Source: an uncultured Verrucomicrobiae bacterium (GTDB lineage: Bacteria > Verrucomicrobiota > Verrucomicrobiia > Limisphaerales > Palsa-1400). From it: DNA of 64,000 nt. The position numbers and the translations under genes are program-made. The number at the start of each line of letters is the position of its first letter. The first letter of the stretch is position 1. Shown here one piece after another: positions 1 to 9,363 of the stretch. The notes beneath the pieces were generated by a model that was given only the letters and a program-made list of their open reading frames with translations, did no database searches and had not been told where the DNA came from. The stretch covers positions 1,248,001 to 1,312,000 of the forward strand of contig CAVXRD010000002.1 in the NCBI GenBank assembly GCA_963764165.1. The letters are read 5' to 3'.

Positions 1-2
1 AA

Positions 3-182
3 GGCTCGACGATTGTGCAAACGCTGACGTCCGTGCAATACGACGAAAACGAATTGAAGCGCCAGATGAAAATGCAAATCGACGAAGCGATCAAATCCGA
101 CCGCTTGAAGCCATCCGAAGGCATGCGCCTGCTCGACGATTACGAACGCGGCCTGAGAGACTACACCTACCTGGCCATGTGA
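3..182 (+). CDS. speA: C-terminal end of biosynthetic arginine decarboxylase (partial)
   Basis: Manual translation GSTIVQTLTSVQYDENELKRQMKMQIDEAIKSDRLKPSEGMRLLDDYERGLRDYTYLAM* resembles the SpeA C-terminal helical domain (..GLxxYTYL). Confidence 0.75.
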   Translation, partial: GSTIVQTLTSVQYDENELKRQMKMQIDEAIKSDRLKPSEGMRLLDDYERGLRDYTYLAM

Positions 183-185
183 CGG

Positions 186-872
186 ATGGACGCCGCGAAA
201 GCCGATCTCATCCGCGCGCTGGGCCGGCTGGTGCGTGGATTGTCCACCCTTTTCTGGGGAATCCCGCTCGCGCTGGCCGCTGACGTCCAGACTGCCCGCA
301 CCAATTGGTTCGACGAGCTTGATCCTGTCAGTTTCGTGCCTGCGCTCGTTTTGACCGGAGCACTTTTGCACGGCTTGCGGCGGCTGCGCGGCTTTCGCCC
401 GGCGGAACGCGTGTGGCAGCAGGCCCTGAACACCGCCGAGAGCCTTGCCATGGTCGCGATCGGATTGGCCCCGTTTCTGGCGTGGTGGAGGCGCTTTCCC
501 GCCGTGTCGCTTTATTTCATCTGCGTCGTTTTTCTGGCGGTCATCGGATACTTGTTTCTCATGCAAGTAAACCAGGTCTTGCGCCGCCTGACCGCGATGC
601 TGCCAGACCAAACGCTGCGCCACGAAACCCGCGCTTTCACAACGCTCAACACATGGATGCTGGCCGGTGGATTGGCTGCGCTGGCAATTTATTTGAAGTT
701 AACCAATTTCCAAGGCGCCGTCCGCCCGATCCACCGGCAGCTCATCGATTTCTACGCCATCGGCGAATGGCTTATCCTCTTCTTGACGCTGATGCCCGTG
801 GCGGTAACGCTGGCGCTGCTGTGGAAAATCAAGGAAGCGATTTTCACCAGCTTCTTTGAAGTGGAACGGTAG
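186..872 (+). CDS. hypothetical integral membrane protein
   Basis: 228 aa with about 6 hydrophobic segments; starts 3 nt after the upstream stop. Confidence 0.75.
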   Translation: MDAAKADLIRALGRLVRGLSTLFWGIPLALAADVQTARTNWFDELDPVSFVPALVLTGALLHGLRRLRGFRPAERVWQQALNTAESLAMVAIGLAPFLAWWRRFPAVSLYFICVVFLAVIGYLFLMQVNQVLRRLTAMLPDQTLRHETRAFTTLNTWMLAGGLAALAIYLKLTNFQGAVRPIHRQLIDFYAIGEWLILFLTLMPVAVTLALLWKIKEAIFTSFFEVER

Positions 873-879
873 CATTTTA

Positions 880-949
880 AAGGTAGGGACGCCTCGCCGA
901 GGCGTCCGGGGTGAGGCTTGATTCGCGCGCAAACCCGGACGCCTCGGCG
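880..949. repeat. GTAG-type REP pair (REPIN-like); right arm interrupted by IS1182 and completed at 2634-2649
   Basis: AAGGTAGGGACGCCTCGCCGAGGCGTCCGG ... CCGGACGCCTCGGCG|IS|GCGAGGCGTCCCTACC; same family at 16211, 36052 and 55396. Confidence 0.9.
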
Positions 950-2633
950 GAGACTGTCTCAAAACGTTTTAGTCTGGCCGATCTGGTTATATGGGCACCA
1001 ATAGGGGCTGTGGAAACGGGTGTCAACTTTTAGTTGTCAGAGCGTGGCTGGCGTCAGCGATGACGCCAAGCTTCCCTTTCCCTCCTTTTTTAGGCCGCCA
1101 TCGCCAAATTTCCTTCAACCGCGGCGGTTTTGACTTCCATTTTCGGCGTCTGGACCCGGGCCTGCCACTTTTTATAGAGGATTCGCAGGTTCAAGGTGGC
1201 GCATAACAAGGCCCATTGGGCTTGCACGGCTTCCAGACCCCAAACTGTCCAACGCCGAAAGCCGTCGTGTTGCTTGAGCTGCCCAAACCGGCGTTCGATG
1301 ATCTCTTTGCGCTTTCCATAAAGCGCGGCGGGTCCTGGCTCTTGCAGCCGGGCCCGCATGGCTTGCACCAGCGTGGTGTGCGGCCACACTTCGACTTGCC
1401 GCCCTTTGGGATCGCGGCTGCAGAGGGCGCGCACGGGACAGTCTCGGTGATGGCAGCGGAAGCGCTCAACGGTCTGGCCTTTCTTGGTGGTCTGGCCTTC
1501 GTGGTCCAGAAGGCGCTCTTGCGGGCAGGTGACGGTGTGGGCCGCCTCGTCATAATGAAAATGCTGCGTCGCGTAGGCGTTGTCGTGGGCTGGCTTGCCC
1601 TCCGCCGGCGGGGCCAGCACATTCATCTGCTGTTCCACGGCCGCTTTCAAGTCGGCCCCGCCCCCATAGCCGGCGTCGGCGGCGGTGAGGGTTGGAATGG
1701 CCGCCGGACCGAGGTTTTGCCTCGCTTCTTCAATCATGGGGACCAGCTGGCCGGCGTCGGTTTCCTGGCGGGTGGCTTGACAGGCGACCATGATGCCCTC
1801 CTGGCTGTCGGCCACCGCCTGGGCGTTGTAGGCAAAGCGGTTGGTGTCGCCGACTTTCATCCGGCGCGCCTCCGGTTCGGCTGGATGGTAATGGTGGCGC
1901 CCGTCGGCCTGCAGCTGGGCCAGGCCTTTTTTGATTTCCTCGCGCAGGGCCTGGCGCTGGGCCAACCCGGCGGGCAGCCGGCAGCCCGGTGCGCTGGAAT
2001 CCTGGTTCTCCGCCACGACTTTGAGCTCGATTTCCTCCAAGGCGCCATCCAGCTGGGCCAGGAGCTTCTCCATGTAAACCTTGCTCCAGCCCTGCGGCCC
2101 GCTGCAGGCGGCTTGAATCTTGGTGCCGTCCAACGCTTGCAAGGCAAATCCCACCGCCCCGGTGCGGAGGGCCAGCTGCACGGTTTGCTTGAAAACCTGG
2201 CGCAGGGCCTTTTTGTTTCCGTCCCAGAACCGCCAGAGGCTGTTGTGGTCGGGGGCGTTGAGCCCCGTCAGCCACAGCAGCGAGACATGCTCCGTGCAGG
2301 CGGTTTCCAGCTTGCGGGTGGAGCGAATGCGGTGGAAATAACCGTAAAGCCAAATCTTGAGCAGGAGGCTGGGGGCATAGGGCGGACGGCCTTCGGCGGC
2401 GGCGGGAATGACAAACCCAAGCTGGGGCAGATCCAACTGGTCGACAAATTCGCGCAGGAAGCGGGCGGGATGGTCGGCGGACACCCAGTCCTCCAGGGCG
2501 GGCGGGAGGAGGAACTGCTGTCCGTAATCAGGGGCAATCGGTTGAGCCATATTTGTTGAACGGCATTGTCAACTAAAGGCTCACATATTGTCAAATACAT
2601 TCCTCAAAAAACAGAAGTTTTGAGACAATCTCT
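950..2633 (-). mobile_element. IS1182-family insertion sequence
   Basis: Terminal IRs GAGACTGTCTCAAAAC (950) and GTTTTGAGACAATCTC (ends 2632), 15/16 match; flanked by duplicated GCG; single transposase gene. Confidence 0.9.
1090..2550 (-). CDS. IS1182-family DDE transposase
   Basis: Motifs QFLLPPALEDWV..HPARF, GRPPYAP, ALDGTKIQA, ADAGY, RKEIIERRFGQLK. Confidence 0.92.
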   Translation of the reverse strand: MAQPIAPDYGQQFLLPPALEDWVSADHPARFLREFVDQLDLPQLGFVIPAAAEGRPPYAPSLLLKIWLYGYFHRIRSTRKLETACTEHVSLLWLTGLNAPDHNSLWRFWDGNKKALRQVFKQTVQLALRTGAVGFALQALDGTKIQAACSGPQGWSKVYMEKLLAQLDGALEEIELKVVAENQDSSAPGCRLPAGLAQRQALREEIKKGLAQLQADGRHHYHPAEPEARRMKVGDTNRFAYNAQAVADSQEGIMVACQATRQETDAGQLVPMIEEARQNLGPAAIPTLTAADAGYGGGADLKAAVEQQMNVLAPPAEGKPAHDNAYATQHFHYDEAAHTVTCPQERLLDHEGQTTKKGQTVERFRCHHRDCPVRALCSRDPKGRQVEVWPHTTLVQAMRARLQEPGPAALYGKRKEIIERRFGQLKQHDGFRRWTVWGLEAVQAQWALLCATLNLRILYKKWQARVQTPKMEVKTAAVEGNLAMAA

Positions 2634-2866
2634 GCGAGGCGTCCCTACCATGGGATTTCAGCAGGAAAAAGCCGGCGCGGCGCTGAATGCACATGATTCC
2701 CCGCATCAGCGCGCACGCCGGCAAGACCCACACGCAGTTCGGACTTTCGTCGCAAAAACGTGCGTCCCCATTCTTAAATGCGCAGTTTCCGGAGAAACCG
2801 GGTCAAATAAATGAAAATATCTGACCCAAGCTTCGTGGACCTCGCCCGAAGTCAATGGCCGCACGA

Positions 2867-3712
2867 TCATGAGGCATTGTCGATCAGCTTTATTCCCGGG
2901 CTTTGAAAACAGATGCGGCGCTCTTTATAGAGCTTCCCGAGCGCCTGCTTGAAGGCGTTTTTGCTGACGCCGAACTTCTGGCGGATTGAATCGGGACTGC
3001 TGTCGTCATCGAAGGCCAACTGGCCGCCGTTCGTTTCGAGGGCTTCGAGGATTTGATCGCGCAAAGGGGCCACGCGTTTGTAGCCCGAGGCGTCCAGGCG
3101 CAAGTCAATCTTGCCGTTGGGATGAACGGCGCGGACAAAGCCTCTCACTTTCAGGCCGGGAAGCAGCGGAGCGGAAAGATTATCGTGATAGAGCAATCCG
3201 CGGTGGGCATTTTCTATGATGGCATTGTAGCCAAGCGGAGTTCGCCCAATGATGAGCAAATTTACGGGTTGTCCAGAGCGATAAGCAGGCGTGTCCCGGC
3301 TCAGATGGCGATTCAAGCGGGTGCTGGCCACGATTCGATTGGTCTTTTCATCAATGAAAACGTGGACGATCACTCTGTCTTTGACCCGGACGGGAGAATC
3401 CTGTTCGCGGAATGGCAACAGCAAATCCTTTGACAAACCCCAATCCAAAAAAGCCCCGATGCTCCGATTCACACTGATGACTTGCAAATAGGCAAACTCG
3501 CCCACCGTCGCCAGCGGCGTCTCGGTGGTGGCCACCAGCCGATCCTCGGAGTCGCGATAGACAAACACCTCCAGTTTGTCCTTGGGTTTCAGGTTCGTGG
3601 GAATGTAGCGGCCCGGCAGCAGAATTTCCCCCAAGTCCCCGCCGTCAAGGTAGAGGCCGGGCGCCGAAGCCCGCACAATGGAAAGCGTATTGCATTTGCC
3701 GATGACTGCCAT
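2867..3712 (-). CDS. cvfB: CvfB/YitL S1 RNA-binding domain protein
   Basis: VFVYRDSEDRLVATT, GAFLDWGLSKDLLLP, and C-terminal winged helix FGVSKNAFKQALGKLYK. Confidence 0.9.
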   Translation of the reverse strand: MAVIGKCNTLSIVRASAPGLYLDGGDLGEILLPGRYIPTNLKPKDKLEVFVYRDSEDRLVATTETPLATVGEFAYLQVISVNRSIGAFLDWGLSKDLLLPFREQDSPVRVKDRVIVHVFIDEKTNRIVASTRLNRHLSRDTPAYRSGQPVNLLIIGRTPLGYNAIIENAHRGLLYHDNLSAPLLPGLKVRGFVRAVHPNGKIDLRLDASGYKRVAPLRDQILEALETNGGQLAFDDDSSPDSIRQKFGVSKNAFKQALGKLYKERRICFQSPGIKLIDNAS

Positions 3713-3844
3713 GCCCTCAAACATAGCCGCACATCACAATTCCGGAGAGGAAAATCGTGGCATCCAAACAACCCATGAGCCGACCTCCGGCATGCCGAGA
3801 TATTTGACTGACACGGGACTTCGTGATACGCTCCATGCGGCCAA

Positions 3845-6376
3845 ATGAATTTTCAAACCAAGGTGTCCCGCTCCGTTCTCCTCCTCTTTGCCCTCTCTGC
3901 GATGCTGGGCCTGTTTGCCGGATGCAACCGCTCAGAAAACCCATCGAACCCTTCTGCGCGCTCCGGCGCCCAGGGTTACTTCAAAACTCCGTTCCAGGAT
4001 GAATCGCAGTTCGTGGTGGAAGCAATCGCCACCGATATTGCGGAGATGCTTTATTTCGCCCACAACCACAAAGCGCCGGAACCAAAGACAGTCACCGTCG
4101 AGGCGCGGGAAAACGGCGGAACGCGAGACGCTCCAAGCTTTGACATCACAATCCAAGTCGGCAAAGCGCCCGCGATTCAAACCAAAGTTGCCATTACCGG
4201 GCCGATTTGGTCCGCGGCGGTTTATGCTGACCTGACTCGCGCTGTCGCGGCCTCTCTCCAATTCCCGTCGCCCTCCACCGCCGCAGGTGACGATCTATCG
4301 GTGCTGGACGATCTGACCGATGGCTCCGCGGAAACCATCGCGCGGGACGACGTCGTTGTCTCCGGAAACCTTGAGAAAGACTTCGCAAATCCAGCGTTGC
4401 ATGAGCAGGCTGCGGCGCTGCTGGGCGCGTTCGCGTTGCGGGAAAATGCCGGGGCTTTCTATGACATTCGCCTTCCCCTCAGCCGGATGACGGCGCATCT
4501 GGCCATGGCCCAGTTTTTGGCTGGCGAACATCCGCCAGGCGCGGTGGGGCAAGTCGCGGACTGCATGATTTTGACGCTCATGAATGACGAAGTCGCCGCC
4601 CTCACGCAGATCGAAAAGCTCGACGCGGCATCGGGGTCGGTCGCGACTTGGGCGCGAACCCTGCGAGCCTACAACACGCTCGATTTTCGGCCTCTGGACG
4701 CTTCGACAAATGTGCCGGGCATCGAGCAAGTCGCGTGGTTTGCCGCCTATTCCGGGGCCAACAGCCGCTCGGTGGCATGGAGAAAAATAGGCGAGGGCGT
4801 GGCAAAGAAGCCGGATTTCTGCCGCATCGGCGCGAGCTTGGGCTACAGCGTCGAAATGGGCAATGGGATGCTTCAAATCTGGCTGCCGCTGGAAATGAAG
4901 GAAATCGAGGATGTCTTCCAGCAACTCAATGGAGGGGCGCTGAAGCAGAGCGATTTGGTTGATTCGCTAAACAGCGATCCCGACCGGTGTTTTATCCAAC
5001 ACGCAAAGGGCGCTCATGTGCGCGTGATCGGCTGGGGGCTTTGGGCGCTGCAATTGCAGCATCACCTTTGCCTGGCAATCACCACCGATGTTAATTCTCT
5101 CTACCACAAACTCGGGCTGGGCGAAGACGGATGGGCTTTTGCCCAAAAATGCGAGGAATCGTTCGGTGGCTTGCGGTTCTATCCCTTCGTGCGCCGAATT
5201 TCCTGCACCAACGAAGCCGGCTACCGCAAGTCCATTGATCAAGGCTGGGCGTTTCAACAGGAATTCCCGCATTTGACGCCAATGTATTGCATGGACTATC
5301 TGGCCGGCACCGTCAGCTTTGCGCAGCCGTACCGGCCGCTGCCCAATCCGCATTGCAACGAGTGGACGTCGCACAACCCGCTTCCGGGAACAGCCTATGA
5401 CGCGCGCAATCGCCTCGATTTTCCAAGTTTCACAGGCGGCGGCGGGCAATCAGAACGGGTCCTGAAAGCGCATGAAATCGCTCCGTATGACATCGCCCTC
5501 TGCCGTTTCATTGGCCGATCCTACGGAAACAACTGGACCTACGAAAAAGCAGATGCCGTGTATGGGAAGCTGCTTCCGTATTCGGCCGTTGCGGCGGCGG
5601 CAATCGCCAACTCCCAGGCAGGCGATCCTGCCCAATATGAACAGACGATGGAAACCGCGGCGAAATGGGATCCATCTTATTATGGAAGCCTGGCCAACTA
5701 CCAGTTAAACCACGGCCAAACCAACGAGGCCATGAAGACTTACGAGAACGAAGAGCGGTCCAACCCGGATGCCATCGAAATGGCTGCCGTGGCCGTGGCG
5801 CGCGTTAAATATTATCTCGCCAAAGGCCAAAAGCGGAAGGCGAAGGAGGTTGCCGATTTTGGGGCCGCTGTCTATTCGTTCAACGGCTTGGAGTCCATGG
5901 GCGTTTACATGGAGGAAACAGGTGATTTGGCGCAGGCATTCGATTGGTTCGCCAAAACTGAAGAACGCTATCAAAACGCGGATGCATTGCTTTCTTTCTG
6001 CTGCCGTCATGCGGCCTCGAGCGGCGACGCCGAGCTCGACAAAAAAATTCATGATCGCCTCCAAGTCTGGTATAAGCAAAGGAAGCCCGCAAAATTGAGT
6101 GATTTTTCCGGCCCTCCGAAGCGTGGCGTCGCCCTCAACGACCCCGGCTCCTTGCTCGAAAATTACTCCCTCAAGCAGGGAGACGTCATCGTTGCGGCGC
6201 GTGGGGTCCGGGTCGAAAACATCACGCAGTTGACGTTTGCGCGCGACATGGATCCAGCTCCCAGTTTAACAATCATCTACTGGCAGGGCGACTCATACCG
6301 CGAGAAAACAATACCGTTGAATGACGAACACCGTTTCGGCGCCACGCTGCAAAACTATCCGCCAAGCACGCGGTGA
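3845..6376 (+). CDS. large lipoprotein with TPR-like helices and a C-terminal PDZ-like domain
   Basis: Lipobox LFAGC; helical repeats; LKQGDVIVAARGVRV PDZ-like segment. Confidence 0.7.
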   Translation: MNFQTKVSRSVLLLFALSAMLGLFAGCNRSENPSNPSARSGAQGYFKTPFQDESQFVVEAIATDIAEMLYFAHNHKAPEPKTVTVEARENGGTRDAPSFDITIQVGKAPAIQTKVAITGPIWSAAVYADLTRAVAASLQFPSPSTAAGDDLSVLDDLTDGSAETIARDDVVVSGNLEKDFANPALHEQAAALLGAFALRENAGAFYDIRLPLSRMTAHLAMAQFLAGEHPPGAVGQVADCMILTLMNDEVAALTQIEKLDAASGSVATWARTLRAYNTLDFRPLDASTNVPGIEQVAWFAAYSGANSRSVAWRKIGEGVAKKPDFCRIGASLGYSVEMGNGMLQIWLPLEMKEIEDVFQQLNGGALKQSDLVDSLNSDPDRCFIQHAKGAHVRVIGWGLWALQLQHHLCLAITTDVNSLYHKLGLGEDGWAFAQKCEESFGGLRFYPFVRRISCTNEAGYRKSIDQGWAFQQEFPHLTPMYCMDYLAGTVSFAQPYRPLPNPHCNEWTSHNPLPGTAYDARNRLDFPSFTGGGGQSERVLKAHEIAPYDIALCRFIGRSYGNNWTYEKADAVYGKLLPYSAVAAAAIANSQAGDPAQYEQTMETAAKWDPSYYGSLANYQLNHGQTNEAMKTYENEERSNPDAIEMAAVAVARVKYYLAKGQKRKAKEVADFGAAVYSFNGLESMGVYMEETGDLAQAFDWFAKTEERYQNADALLSFCCRHAASSGDAELDKKIHDRLQVWYKQRKPAKLSDFSGPPKRGVALNDPGSLLENYSLKQGDVIVAARGVRVENITQLTFARDMDPAPSLTIIYWQGDSYREKTIPLNDEHRFGATLQNYPPSTR

Positions 6377-6582
6377 ATCAAGGCGCGTTGCCAGGGTCAA
6401 ATTTTGAAGCGGCGGCCGGGCATCTGGAAAGAGGAGGTTCTCCCGGACGACGACAAAAGGGAAGAAAGGCAGATTTCCCGATGGCTGATGCCAATTCGGA
6501 GATTGAGATGCACCATCAAAAGGTTATGAGCAGCCCCTTGTACGATCGGAACGGAGCCGATCTGGATTTGACCGGCGACGCA

Positions 6583-7001
6583 AATTGATTCCGGACGGGC
6601 TGTAAGCCGAATTCTGTCTGGCTCGATTGCTCGAGCGAGAGAACCATTTGTCTTAGCAGCCGATACCCGAAACCCGTTCCGCTGCCGGAACTGGGAGCGG
6701 GCCGCTCCGGGGTTTCCTATTTGGCCTTGCACCCGATGGGGTTTTCCATGCCTTGCCAGTTGCCCGGCAAGCGGTGAGCTTTTACCTCGCCTTTTCACCC
6801 TTGCCCTGCCCTTGCGGGCTGGGCGGTTTATTTTCTGTGGCACTATCCGTCGAAAGGTTTTATCCCTTCTCCCGCGTGTATCCCGGCCCTGGCTGACGCC
6901 TGGCCAGGTTACGCGGCATCGCGCCCTCTGGTGTTCGGACTTTCCTCCCCCCACTCGCCGAAGCGAGCCGGGAGCGATTCTCCACCCGTCCGGAATCAAT
7001 T
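6583..7001 (-). ncRNA. rnpB: RNase P RNA
   Basis: Minus strand has GAGGAAAGUCC near the 5' end and ACAGAAUUCGGCUUA near the 3' end; 17-bp terminal P1 stem pairs 6583-6599 with 6985-7001. Confidence 0.95.
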
Positions 7002-7092
7002 GGATCGTAGCCGGGAAAACGGCTCAAGGCAAACTCGCAAATGGCTGGCGGCGCGGGTTTGGTGGCAGCATGATGCGTGCAGCGCTTCAGGC

Positions 7093-7208
7093 GGAGCGCG
7101 ACTGTGTCGCAGAGCAGTCGCAGCGCGTTGAACTGAAACGCGGGCCGGTTGATCCCAGCGCGCCGCGGCTGATTCTTAGCCGCTCCGCTGCGGCGAACAC
7201 CGCATTCC
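7093..7208. repeat. degenerate GGAGCGCG-type palindromic repeat (family of 49341-49459)
   Basis: GGAGCGCGACTGTGTC...CAGTCGCAGC...GCCGCGGCTG...AACACCGCATTCC resembles the intact copy at 49341. Confidence 0.55.
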
Positions 7209-7219
7209 CACTCAATGCA

Positions 7220-8989
7220 TTACGAAGGAGCCGCCACAGTTGCGTTCGAAAAAGCGCCTTGCACGCGGCGGCGGGACACCCGGATGAGTATCATGTTCAC
7301 CAAGAGCATGAAGAGGCTCGGCACCAACTGCGGCAGCGCCCGAAAAATCACGGCGGTTGCATTTGGAGACACGCCAGTCAAAGATCGAATCCCGATAAAA
7401 TTCATGAGAACCAAGAACGTCAGCCCAAAAGTGAACGATACCCCAATCCAAGGCAGAATTTTTGTGTAACAGATGGTTTTCAGGACCGCCATGGTCGTCT
7501 TGTTGGATGTCTGCCCCATCCAAATTGCCATCCAAGCGAGGCTAAATAGTCCGGTAATCCAGGTTACGTTCGTGAAAGCCAGGATGAAAAATTCCATTGT
7601 GGATGTGACGAGATTGCCGGCCCGCCAGGCTCCCGTGCCTGCTGGAATGGCCAGGATGGGAACGGCTCCAATGGCCAGCGCCAGCAGAACTTGGGCTGCC
7701 ACCGGCGCGAAAAACAATTTGCGCAATGCGATCCATTGGCCGCTCAGCACCTCCCGCATGGTAATCGGCGTGACGAGCAGCAATTCAAAGAAACCGGTCC
7801 GCCTGCCTTCAATATAGAAACGGACGATATGCATCACCAGCCACAACTCGAGCGCTATGGAAAGAGCCGACGCGCAGGAGCTGGCGAATTGGAAAAGAGT
7901 GTTGTTGCGCATCCCGATGGCCACCGAACTCCCGAAAGTCATGGTGGCCGAGGTGCTATTCGACGTGGTGGTAGTGGAAATGGCAGGCGAAGCGGCCCGC
8001 CTTGCGACGGACGCAAGCGCCGCCGCGGGTTGCTGCCAGGACGAGCACACGCTCAAAACCAACATTGCCAAAGCCAGCCCCAGCGCCACCCGCGCCAGGT
8101 TCGCCGCCCACCGGTCCCGCAGGACGATCCACGCGACGGGACTGCTATCCAGCAACTCTCTTTTGGGCACCGGTGCGAGCCATGGGCGGATTGGATTTCG
8201 CGCCTGCTGTCGGCTGCCTTTTTGCCGCGCGCCTTTGTCACGCCAGGACGCCGGGGCGAGCAAGCTGGCGATCAGCAGCCAAACCCAGCCAAGCACGTGA
8301 ATCGCGAGCGTGCTGGCCCAAAAATCGCGGGAGTGATAATTGTCCGTGTGGTTAACGCCGAACAATGGCGAAAGCAAACGGAGCACTGGCTGGTTGCTAT
8401 TCCTGCCCAGCACGCAGAGATCCAATTCAGGGATCAGAAACAGAAAGACGACCAGGGCCACCGCCGCCGCCGTCATGGCGCGGTGCGTTTCCCGGCTGGC
8501 AGCCGAAATCAGCATGCCCAACGCGAGCGAGAAGAAAAGCGTGTTGCAGATCGAGATGATCGAGCCTCGAAAATCGTCCGCCGCCACGCCGCCGAGAACG
8601 AACGAGAAAGCCATGATCGGAAAAATCGCCAGCAGGCTGTAAAAGCAGCGCAGCGACGTGGCGAAAAGCTTGCCGAGGACCACGTCGTAGCCGCGAAGAT
8701 TCGTCAAGAACAGCAACCCAAAAGTGCCCTCCCGTTTCTCTTCGCTGAGGCAATCAGACGTCAGGAAAATCCCTCCGGCGCAAGCGAAAATGAACGCGCT
8801 CCATTTGAGCGATTCAAAAATCATCACGCCAAGTTCCGACGAGAACGAACCCTTGCTGGCCAATGAAATCAAGCCAAGCGCTCCGGCAATGGCGACCGCG
8901 CCCAGCGCAAAGAAGATCCGCGAACGACGGACGGACTTCTTCCGGGCCGAGACCAGCAACTCCCGATGCGCAATGGGCAGAAGCGTCAT
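7220..8989 (-). CDS. ABC-2 type transporter permease-like membrane protein
   Basis: IAHRELL, DCLSEEKREGTFGLLFLTNL..VVLGKL, and a second repeat EGRRTGFFELLLVTPI. Confidence 0.8.
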   Translation of the reverse strand: MTLLPIAHRELLVSARKKSVRRSRIFFALGAVAIAGALGLISLASKGSFSSELGVMIFESLKWSAFIFACAGGIFLTSDCLSEEKREGTFGLLFLTNLRGYDVVLGKLFATSLRCFYSLLAIFPIMAFSFVLGGVAADDFRGSIISICNTLFFSLALGMLISAASRETHRAMTAAAVALVVFLFLIPELDLCVLGRNSNQPVLRLLSPLFGVNHTDNYHSRDFWASTLAIHVLGWVWLLIASLLAPASWRDKGARQKGSRQQARNPIRPWLAPVPKRELLDSSPVAWIVLRDRWAANLARVALGLALAMLVLSVCSSWQQPAAALASVARRAASPAISTTTTSNSTSATMTFGSSVAIGMRNNTLFQFASSCASALSIALELWLVMHIVRFYIEGRRTGFFELLLVTPITMREVLSGQWIALRKLFFAPVAAQVLLALAIGAVPILAIPAGTGAWRAGNLVTSTMEFFILAFTNVTWITGLFSLAWMAIWMGQTSNKTTMAVLKTICYTKILPWIGVSFTFGLTFLVLMNFIGIRSLTGVSPNATAVIFRALPQLVPSLFMLLVNMILIRVSRRRVQGAFSNATVAAPS

Positions 8990-9220
8990 TTGACAGCGGA
9001 GATTGCAGCGACCAAGGGCAAAATTACAAGCGTATTAGGACGGGCGCAGAGATCCCGAGGGAGGGGAACCCAAACTGTTCTGCTCAAATCAAAGGGCAAA
9101 CAGGCGAACTTTCAACCCCGCCACCATTACAGCCTTCGACTGCTCCTCATCAGAGGTTCCTCAACGATTTCAGTGGAATGCGATGATCCCTGTTGATGCT
9201 TGCTCTGAAATCCCGTCCGC

Positions 9221-9320
9221 AAATCCCGAAGGGATTTTATCATTCAGCCCAGCGTTGGCCCGATTCTGAAAGGGCCTTCGCTGGGTAATGGCGCCTAAAG
9301 TTCCAAACCCTGAAGGGGTT
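9221..9320. repeat. MITE-like palindromic element
   Basis: Hairpins AAATCCCGAAGGGATTT and AACCCTGAAGGGGTT bracket an inner IR CCCAGCG/CGCTGGG. Confidence 0.55.
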
Positions 9321-9363
9321 AAACAATATAAGGCCACTGAAAAAACTGCGAAGCGCCTTAAAT

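Noticed and set aside
6373..7131. ORFs 6397..6999 (-), 6373..6588 and 6812..7549
   Set aside because: They overlap the RNase P RNA gene or repeats and have no protein-like motifs.
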